A DNA stretch of 64,000 nucleotides from the NCBI RefSeq assembly GCF_964204645.1, contig NC_134034.1, positions 4,500,914 through 4,564,913 of the forward strand. Direction: 5' to 3'. Each line of letters begins with the position of its first letter. Position 1 is the stretch's first letter. The position numbers were made by a program, and so were the translations under genes. Under the pieces are notes generated by a model. The model saw only the letters and a list, made by a program, of their open reading frames with translations. It had not been told where the DNA came from and searched no databases. This DNA comes from Tubulanus polymorphus. Lineage: Eukaryota; Animalia; Nemertea. This document shows, piece after piece, positions 50,929 to 60,170 of this stretch.

Positions 50929-52174
50929 ATGAGTGGGAGTTATATCAATCCTTCTAAGAATAATAGAATATCTAATGCTATTAAAGCAGAAAGATCACAT
51001 CATATAATTACTCATAACCCTTCTAATATTAATCCCGATGAAACTTTATATGTTAGAATTCCTAGATTAACACAAAATACTTTTTATGTTCCAAATAGTA
51101 TTTATTTATCAGCCGATATAAAAGTAATCGGTAATAATAATAATTATGTTGTTGATAATGTTGGAAGATATTCGATTAAAAAGTTAACTATAAAGATTGG
51201 TCCAGAAACAGTTTTCTCATTAGATGATTATAATTTATTTATGCATTATAAAGATTTATGGTTAACTAAAGAAAATAGAAATAATATGATATTTCAAGGC
51301 ATCCAATCAGAAAACCAAAATAAATTAAGATGAGAAGCACATAATGCAATATTAACTAATTCTATAGATAAATTGATAAAAAGTATATATGGAAGCAAAT
51401 ATAAAATTCCATTAGACTTTGAATTGATAAATAACAATGCACCTTTATATAAATACGCAATTCAAGAAGACGTTATATTCGAAATAACATTTGCTCCTGT
51501 AAATGAAATTGTAATATCTAGCGTTAATAAAGATATGAGTAAAATTATCGAATATATGTTTAGAATATGACACAGTAACTGATGAAAATATTTCAAGTAT
51601 AATTCAAACTAAATACAATCAAGGATTTTCATTATAATATGATTATATTGATAAATTTAAAACCGTAACTATTAATGCAAATGATGAAATTATTAATGAG
51701 AATATTAACTTCCCAAGAAGATCTATTAAAGGCATACTAATATTTTTTACCATTGCAACATATACTAATGGCGCAATAAATGTTGATAATTATTATAATC
51801 CTGAAATAACAAAAGTAGAAATAACTATCGAAGGAATAGCAAATAAAATATTTTGTCAAGGAATGAAAATGATTGATCAGTGGCCAGAAATTAGAAAACA
51901 TTTTATGAATGAAAAAGTAAAATCATCTGAAAATTGTAACATTAATCAAATTGATCATTATACCGGTAATAAATATGCATTATGGTTAGATTTTAGAACA
52001 ACAGAGGATAATTCATTACATGGATCTGGAAAAAAATTACAAAACACTAAAGATGGAATACAATTATTCATGACAAAGAATAAAGGAATCAAAAATTTTA
52101 AAATGCACATTTATGTTATATCTGACGCACAATTAAATATTGTAAATTCGCAATTAGATAGTGTTATGTATTAA
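50929..52174 (+). pseudogene. Major capsid protein (double jelly-roll), broken by a stop and frameshift
   Basis: ~410 codons over ORFs 50929-51333, 51373-51570 and 51863-52174. Beta-rich: NPSNINPDETLYVRIP, YKIPLDFEL, PRRSIKGILIFF, YALWLDFRT, HIYVISDAQLNI. Confidence 0.75.
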
Positions 52175-52206
52175 AATTTTAACTTTAATAAAAATATATA
52201 TAATAA

Positions 52207-52995
52207 ATGGAAGGTGGTAAAGTATATAAACATATTCCATATATCGATACACATGAAAATAATGATGGTTTATATTATGTAATACCTTGTAATATAGCTT
52301 CGATATTTGATCCTATTTTCAAAATTTATGAAACTAAACTAATAGAAATCGATAATAATAAAAGTGAAGTTGTTGATAATTTGAGTAATGTAATTGATAA
52401 TAATGTAATACATTCTACATCTAATAATGTAATACCTTCTACATCTAATAATGTAATACCTTCTACATCTAATAATGTAATACCTACTACATCTAATAAT
52501 GTAATACCTTCTACATCTAATAATGAAATAATATTAAATGTTAGTGAAAATAGAAATTATTGTGGATATTGTAAAGGTGAATATTCAAACGTTCCATCAA
52601 ATTGGAATAAACATATGAATACAAATTCACATATTACTAATGTAATATATCGTGTTGGTATAAGAGAATTTATAGAACACCCATTTAGATATGTTACAAA
52701 GTTTGTTTCAAATCAAAAAGTAAATGGTGAAAAAATATATGAAGATTTATTATTAGCAACACCTAATAAAGATGAATTAGATATAACCGATGCTAATGAA
52801 ATATTAGGATCAAACACTGTAAATGAAATATTAGGAGCAAACACTAATAAAGATTCTATAAAACATAAAGTAGAAAATAATGATAAATTTGATTGGATGA
52901 ATAAGCATAACAATGAAACAACTATTGACGATGCGGTAAAAAAGGTGCAAAATAAGTATAAAATAATAGAGAATTTGAAGAAGAAAATTCGGTAG
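52207..52995 (+). CDS. Polinton hypothetical protein with 5 x NNVIPSTS repeats and a C2H2-like zinc finger
   Basis: 24-bp tandem repeat at 52398-52530. Motif YCGYCKGEY...WNKHMNTNSH. Confidence 0.65.
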   Translation: MEGGKVYKHIPYIDTHENNDGLYYVIPCNIASIFDPIFKIYETKLIEIDNNKSEVVDNLSNVIDNNVIHSTSNNVIPSTSNNVIPSTSNNVIPTTSNNVIPSTSNNEIILNVSENRNYCGYCKGEYSNVPSNWNKHMNTNSHITNVIYRVGIREFIEHPFRYVTKFVSNQKVNGEKIYEDLLLATPNKDELDITDANEILGSNTVNEILGANTNKDSIKHKVENNDKFDWMNKHNNETTIDDAVKKVQNKYKIIENLKKKIR

Positions 52996-53070
52996 AGAAT
53001 TTGAATAAATTGTTAGGGTCTGATGATGAAAGTGATTAAGATATTAATTATATTTAACACAAATAATAAT

Positions 53071-53375
53071 ATTGGTTGAAAATTGTATAAAATAATAGTA
53101 AATAAAAAAGGGGGTTTTAAGTATTTAAGGTATTTAAGGTATCTAATACATATCTAATACAATCTAATACATAAAATATCTTATTTTATAAACTGATATT
53201 CATATGGAAATTGAAACCTCATTAATAATAAATAACCTTTATTATTTTCAAACTTATTCATATATTAGTTGAAAAAATAAAAATAAATTGGTTGAAAATT
53301 GTATAAATAATATTTATTTTTAAAAAGGGGGTTTTAAGTATTTAAGGTATCCAATAGGGTATCTAATAGGGTATA
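53071..53375 (+). repeat. Two direct repeats in a non-coding Polinton spacer
   Basis: ATTGGTTGAAAATTGTATAAA...AAAAAGGGGGTTTTAAGTATTTAAGGTAT at ~53071 and ~53287. Confidence 0.8.
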
Positions 53376-53384
53376 TTTTAAACA

Positions 53385-53531
53385 TATTTCAATATTTATA
53401 TTTGTATGAGTTAGATTTTTAAACATTAAAAGTGTTAGTAAAGTTTTATTGAAATAATTCATATATATTCATGAATAACATATAAATGAATAACTTCTAA
53501 AATCAATTTAGTAAAAAAATATATATAATAA
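53385..53531 (+). promoter_or_regulatory. Duplicate of the pPolB upstream region (36173-36304)
   Basis: Shared TATTTCAATATTTATATTTGTATGAGTTAGATTTTTAAACATTAAAAGTGTTAGTAAAGT and AACTTCTAAAATCAATTT. Confidence 0.8.
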
Positions 53532-54185
53532 ATGGAACCAGAACAACCACAAATTATCAATTTTACAAATAACGCTGGTGCTATAAACATATACTACAAA
53601 AAGTGTTCTAAGTGTGAATTAGATAAATTAGCTTTAACAGAATTTAGTAAGCGTAAGATTAGCAAAGATTGTTTTCAATATTGCTGTAAAACTTGTACTA
53701 AACTATATACCAAACAATATCGAGAAGATAATAGAGAAGCTTATAATGATTATATGACAGAATATATGAGAGAAAGATATCAAACAGATCTTAATTTTAG
53801 ATTGAAACAATGCTTAAGATCTAGATTAACACAATTATTCAACAAAGAAACACATTCAGAAACACTATCTAATTTATTGGGTTGTTCAGATGAATTTTTC
53901 ATTTCATGGATAATATATCAATTCGATGATAAAATGAATATAGATAATTATGGTGAATACTTTCATATTGATCATGTGTTACCAATATCTAAATTTAACA
54001 TGAATGATGAATACAATAAAAAACTTATTTGGGGTTGGAAAAATTTAAGGCCTTTAGAAAAGAAGGAAAACATAATTAAATCTAATAAACTAGATTTACA
54101 GTTATATTTAGATCAACTGGATAAAGCAAAGACATTTGTTGAATTATGGAATTCAACACATAATGAAAAATACGTTGAATGTTAA
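53532..54185 (+). CDS. HNH endonuclease of the giant-virus/phage type with N-terminal CxxC zinc ribbon; intact
   Basis: KKCSKC...CKTC, DLNFRL..CLRSRL, LLGCS and QFDDKMNIDNYGEYFHIDHVLP...NLRPL.KKENIIKSNK. Confidence 0.85.
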   Translation: MEPEQPQIINFTNNAGAINIYYKKCSKCELDKLALTEFSKRKISKDCFQYCCKTCTKLYTKQYREDNREAYNDYMTEYMRERYQTDLNFRLKQCLRSRLTQLFNKETHSETLSNLLGCSDEFFISWIIYQFDDKMNIDNYGEYFHIDHVLPISKFNMNDEYNKKLIWGWKNLRPLEKKENIIKSNKLDLQLYLDQLDKAKTFVELWNSTHNEKYVEC

Positions 54186-55064
54186 ACGCTTAGAAAACCG
54201 GTTACTCTCGATCTATGTCAAACCGCCTATATGTAATTGTATTAGGTTGTTTAAAAAAGCATCTGTCGCACGTTATATTCAGTTGAATAGGGTGTACCTC
54301 ATTTGAATATTGATCGAATGTTCTATTTCAGTTGAAAAGGATTAATCAATAACATTACAAAGGAACATCTGTTGCACCAGACAGTGTTTAGCTAGTGAAT
54401 AACTGGCAGTTATAAACGCGCAGCGCATAAGCATAGGAACGTATAGGATATTCTCTCTATAAACACAATTTTAGGAGTTTACAGTTATAAATTTAAGTAC
54501 TGTTTTTGTTGTTATAAAGGCGTTGGGAAACGTTAACTCTTTCGCTTAAACATGTAAAACTTATCCTGGTAAGATGCGCCACAAATGGTCATGTTTAAGT
54601 GTTGTAATTAATATTTTACAACTACAACTTCAAGTTAGTTTTATTCTACGTTAGATATTTATCTTTTAGATAACAAAATGAAGGCCATTGAATCAAGAAA
54701 GTGAAGATAGATGGATGTGGAATCAGAAATAATGGATATTTCAACTCATGAGACTGTAGCAGTTTAGCCATATGTATAGGCTTTCAATGCATTACGTTTG
54801 CCGGAATTTCAATTGCGTCATTAATCTGTTGTTAATGACACACAGTGACAGATGTTGTATTATACTTTATTGATTCCTGCATTCCACGCATAACTTACCG
54901 CTCGGCTGCCGAGCGGCTTGGAATGTGGAAATCGATAATGATTATAGAATAAAATATATGTGTTTATGAAATAGAATTTCCACCAGTCGTTTCTTTGAAT
55001 TTATTTTCAGTTTTAGGATTTATTATCGAGAATCCGAAATGACTTATCTGGACAGTTAACAGAT

Positions 55065-55389
55065 TAAATAGGCAAGAGAATTAGGTAAAAGATCTTCAGA
55101 ATTAAAAAAAGCTAAGAAAAAGAAATTAACTGATATAAATGAATCACAGACTTTATCTGATATTGATTCAAGTAATAATCCATCTGATTCTTCTAATGCT
55201 GGAAGTAATTATAAATTATATATTACAATAGGATTAGTAACAGTTATTATATTATCCGGTGTAATATATAAATCAAAATTCAAATCTGATGATAAATATG
55301 ATTCCAATGATAATAAACCTATCATACCAGAAAATAAGTCAAATCATAAAAGCATTGAAACTAAATCTAAATTATTATTAATGGATTAA
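55065..55389 (+). pseudogene. 3' part of a small single-TM Polinton protein; 5' end lost
   Basis: ARELGKRSSELKK...LYITIGLVTVIILSGVIYK...LLMD*. Confidence 0.5.
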
Positions 55390-55395
55390 AATAAG

Positions 55396-56504
55396 ATGAA
55401 AAAAGAACAATATTTAATAGTTATATAATAACCCAGAAAGTGAAGTATCATATTCTAACGTTACAGAATTATGGGGTAAAATTAAATCTGATAAGGAAAA
55501 TGGCGCCATACGGCACCCACATGGTGGTATAAAATATAGTGAATTGAAATCATGGTTACAAAATCAACCAACATATCAAATCCACAAGAAAATGGATAAA
55601 ACTTATTTAACAAGAAAAGTTATGGTTTCATATATCGATCAACAATGTCAAGCAGATTTAAATGACATGAAGAACTTAGAAGAATACAACAAAGGATATT
55701 TCTGGATACTGAATGTTATAGATATATTCAGTAGATACGCATGGTCAATTCCAATCAAAAATAAAACTGGAATAGAAGTAACAAATGCTTTTAAATCTAT
55801 ATTTAAAGAAGCTATTCCAGATAAGATACAATTTGATGAAGGTAAGGAATTCTATAACAAACATTTTAAAAAACTATTATCTGATAACGATGTAGATTAT
55901 TTTTCAACACACTCAGATAAAAAAGCATATATTATAGAAAGATTTAATAAAACATTGAAAACTAGAATGTGGAAATATTTTACTGCTAATGAAACATAAA
56001 TATATCGATGTATTAGATGATTTAGTGAAAGGTTTTAATAATTCTAAACATAGTTCTATAAATATGAAACCTATACAAGCTAGAAAAGAAGATAATTCGG
56101 AAATAGTTTGGAATAATTTATATGGCGCATTTGTTACACATGATTTTGGAGAACCTAAATTTAAAATAGGACAACACGTAAGAATATCTAAATATAGAAA
56201 AACATTTTATAAAGGTTATACCCCTAATTTTACAAAAGAAATATTCAAGATTAAAAAGATAATATTAACTAAACCTTTTGTTTATAAACTAGAAGATCTA
56301 AAAGATGAAGAAATATTAGGTTATTTCTATGAACAAGAATTATCACTTGTACCAAATCCAGACGAAATAGAATACAAAATAGAAAAAGTATTGAAAACAA
56401 AAACTCTTAAAGGAAAAAAGTATTCTTTGGTGAAATATAAAGGATATCATGATAAATTTAATGAATGGATTTTATCTAGTAAAATTAAAAGAATAAATGA
56501 ATAA
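55396..56504 (+). pseudogene. Retroviral-like (RVE) integrase with C-terminal chromodomain, frameshifted
   Basis: KSWLQNQPTYQIHK, QADLNDM, IDIFSRYAW, QFDEGKEF, IERFNKTLK and YKIEKVL...LVKYKGY..KFNEWI. Confidence 0.93.
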
Positions 56505-57107
56505 AGATTTATTTATATTTGAACCGGATAATATGTTAGTTACTAGAGTAACCAATTGTGGTAAAACACATTTCATATTAGATTTGTTAGAAACTATTTA
56601 TAAGAATCATTTTGATAATATAATATTATTCTGTCCTACTTATGAAATGAATAAAACATATAATAGAGATTTAGTTAAGATAAAAAAGTTTATTATATTC
56701 AATCCTAAAACAGTAAAAGAAAATTTAGATAATTGTATAAAATAGCAATTGATACTTATAAAGGATCAAATACATTATTCATTATAGATGATTGCGCAAA
56801 TTTACATGATTCAAAAGTTAGAGAAAGTGAGTTATGTTATCTAGCTTTCTCTGGGAGACATTTTGGGATAACAACATGGGTTTTAAATCAAAAATATAAT
56901 TCAATTGTTAAAGACTTTAGGGAGAATATAAGATTTCTAGTTTTATTTTATAACAAAGATAAAAAATCTATGCAACAATGATTGGAAGAAAATCAAATTA
57001 TACCCACTGAATTACATGATGAATATATGAATAAATTAAAGAATAATAAAGGTTCAAAATTATTACTGAGATTACAATTTCCATATGAATATAAATTTAT
57101 TAAATAA
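56497..57107 (+). pseudogene. A32/FtsK-family DNA packaging ATPase, with frameshift and stop
   Basis: Walker A remnant VT(R)VTNCGKT, Walker B FIIDD, and SGRH...LNQKY...REN. Confidence 0.9.
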
Positions 57108-57137
57108 AATTTATATATCTATTCTATAAGAGCTTAC

Positions 57138-57606
57138 ACTTTTATATTGAATAATGTGTCAATTTAAATGTTATTCATGTATATGATTATTTTAAGAGTA
57201 ATAGGGGTAATAGGCTTTCAGGTTAAAGGTTGAATGGTCGAGTTCATAAAAAACAAATATTAGAAGTAATTTAAAACTATAATATATTTTCATAACCGAG
57301 TGCATTTCAGTTGAATAATAGAATAATTATTATAATTAAAATATATTTGATTATATGAATTTGTGTATTGTAAATAAATCAATTGGTCGCGGAGCGGAGC
57401 GGTAGCGAAGTGAAGCGACCAATTGATTTAATACAATATGCTTTTAAAATTTAAATTATTGATATCTTAGAATAAATATTTAGTTATAATATAAAATGCA
57501 CACGGTTATGAAAATATATTATAGTTTTAAATTACTTTTAATGTTTTGTTTTTTAATGAGCTCGACCCTTCGACCTTTGGCCTGAAAGCCCATTACCCCT
57601 ATTACT
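57138..57606 (-). repeat. Polinton right TIR; 57197-57606 is a foldback
   Basis: Inverted copy of the left TIR. Confidence 0.95.
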
Positions 57607-59139
57607 ATTGCTTTTATTAAATGGCGTGTTTTATTCAGATGAGATGTTATATTCTATCTTGCATGATCAAGCTTTTATTTATTTTCTTTCTTCTGCTTAC
57701 ACCATCTGTTCAGATTTATCTCCCCAACTCCTTTCGTACTCTCTCTCTCTCATGTACTCTCTTTTGTGGGTTTCTAAACTTCGCGGAATGTCTGGATTCT
57801 ACGGAATTCTCCGATTTTTGTCGGAATCCCCGGAATTTTTCCATAATTCCCGGATTCTTAGTAAAACCCGGAAAAGGTCTCGGATGGCGAGCGGGAAATT
57901 CAATTCAATATTATTTTGACGCAAATTTGGCGTAAAATGTATACAGCTGCGCTAAACAATTTTGCCTTTCTCACGCATCTCGTTTTTTACCGTCGATCGA
58001 TTTCCTTCAGTCATTTTAAATTCAACTTTATTGAGGTATGTATAGAATTGGACATCTAAATTTACAGAAAATCTTCATTACCGGCGTTGGCGCTTAAATG
58101 TCAATTATTATTAATGCTTCACGTCGATATGTCATGTAACTGTAAGCACTGTACGCCGGTCGTACGACGTAGAAGCTATACTAGTAGGGCAGGCCTAAGC
58201 TTACTTACAAGTTATATCAGGCATTCGTCCAGGGCCAGCTTCCTGAACTTTTTCACTAGCCGTAAATTTACAATATAAGTGCCGGGGTACATTTTATTAT
58301 TTTTTACTCATTTGAACTAGACCTTCATTCATTTCGCAGGATGCAGGAGAGGCTATGCCTATAGATTAAGTCAGTAACCTGACTGTGGTTTAGTTTCACG
58401 ATCGGATATTTTCACACACAACAGTCAAGAATGGGAAGGTCATTTTTGTATGCAATCTTCGTCAGCCAATTTGACTGACGAGTAATTTGCCTGTCATTTC
58501 ATTGTCTCTTAAGATATCCGTCTAATTTTGTTGCAATCGACGCACTACAGATTCGTAGTTTGTCTGATACCTATAACACCTCACCTGACGATCTTAATCC
58601 GTGTGCAAATAGTGGCGCGCTTCCATCTAGGGACCGGTGTAGGGTAGTGGTAGCTGAGACGAAACGCCGATAATAATGATGCCATAATTATTCAATTCAA
58701 TCAGACTTTATTGCTTCGCATATTTTGGTTGTCTGAAGCTCCGACGCTTTCAGGCACAACAATTCTGACAGAGACTGGAGTAGTCAACATATTCAATATC
58801 CAGAAAACATTTTAATACATTTGCAACAAAAATGAACGTAAATATAAATGACATTTAATATCAATATGATTGTTATTATCAAACCACATACATTTTATTC
58901 AACTGGAATGCAAAAACGGTTATCAATTGTTTTCGATGCCAAAATTAATTGAGTGTGAAATCATTGCGCATTTCGAGTAACTAATTATGGTATAAACAGT
59001 AATGAGTCATTAATATGCATGCGATTCTTATCGAAATCGTCTTTTATTTACATGGAATCTTGGAGGGTAATCAGACTGTTCCACTCAAGATGAAATAAAC
59101 GCTTATTTAATCAGTCATCGCTTGTATTAAACTTCTACG

Positions 59140-60170
59140 AATATCTTATTTATTGTTGTAACGCTTTAAACGTTTGTGTACAGTTGAGCCATTTGGTAAC
59201 ACCTTGTATCGAAATTCCGGGAATGACCGATGGCAGCGAACTGGTATATTTCTACATAAAGATAACAACGAATTTTCGGAAATCCACTTCGAAATTATCT
59301 TTTTGACCTGACCACTTCTGAAATTCTTCTTTCTCCGATACGGTTGATAAATACTTATTATCGAGTGCGCGGCCAAACTCTCCAACCATACAGCTGTACC
59401 GTTCTACGGTCTTTTCCGTTAACATGCCATTTGCATCTTTCAGCGAGTCTAAAGATAGTATGTACATAAAAAAATGAACAAAGAAAAGAATGTTATTCCG
59501 ATTTTAAATCGTAAAATAGGAAACTTACCTTTGAATTCGCGATTTAAGAATTCGTTAACCAAATCCATCTCTAAGTTGTGTCCGTTTCCGCCTCGATAGT
59601 TTACTGTTCCGTTCCATATTACGTACATTTGCAAACGTTCAGTTAGACAACCATTTAGTCCTAGAATGATTAAGCAGTGAGAATATCGCGAGAATGACTG
59701 ATAATAAAGATGTTATCAATCGAATTCGAGGTCCTCATTAAAATATGCCTGCCGTTAGACGATGTCCTTATATCGCATATTTACTGTGATTTCTTATAAA
59801 AAAATCGCAGCATATCTGTCCTCCAAAATTGGCAGATGACAGGGCCATCATTCTCACGAATAGCGTCTCGCCTGGCATGTTCTTGCAGGCCCGTGAATAT
59901 TACTCCGATCGAATTATTCAATTTAAAATCTTCAGCTTTCTTCTTTTTTAAGCTTTCGGCAGCTTTCTGAACAAAACCACGATCCATCTACAAATATCTA
60001 AATGCATTATTTTTTTCAATTTTTTACTTCAGAAACTTGCAATAGAAAAAAACTTTTAGAATACAAAAAGTGACATATAATACCTGGGATATCATCAGCT
60101 GATATGCCAACGCAACTAAAATGGAACCAGCTAGCTCTCGTGCAGTTTTCATTGTCGCACCCGATCATCC
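59140..60170 (-). pseudogene. AcademH(P)-type transposase C-terminal part with PHD finger; introns at 59449-59528 and 59988-60083; cut at 60170
   Basis: Spliced translation MIGCDNENC..SWFHFSCVGI....PDGSWFCSESC (PHD), DAIRENDG, and WNGTVNYRGGNGHNLEMDLVNEFLNREFKDSL (DUF6589-like). Confidence 0.75.

Larger units (their letters stand above)
35668..57606 (+). mobile_element. Full-length Polinton/Maverick (endogenous polintovirus), ~16.3 kb without the Helentron-type nest; most genes decayed
   Basis: Termini AGTAATAGGGG...CCCCTATTACT, ~470-490-bp TIRs, 6-bp TSD ATTGCT (35662-35667, 57607-57612). pPolB, integrase, ATPase and capsid genes all lie on the + strand. Confidence 0.96.

Noticed and set aside
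54182-55067. piggyBac/Kolobok insertion with TTAA TSD
   Set aside because: TTAA occurs near both edges but there are no terminal inverted repeats, and flanking Polinton sequence is missing.
55391-55398. Baculovirus late promoter ATAAG before the integrase
   Set aside because: Single occurrence in very AT-rich DNA; more likely chance or a variant of TAAATG.
36305-57107. Programmed frameshifting or an alternative genetic code in Polinton genes
   Set aside because: Lesions include TGA and TAA stops plus scattered indels and damaged catalytic motifs (e.g. the ATPase Walker A), consistent with neutral decay. Some homopolymer indels across the window may be sequencing errors.
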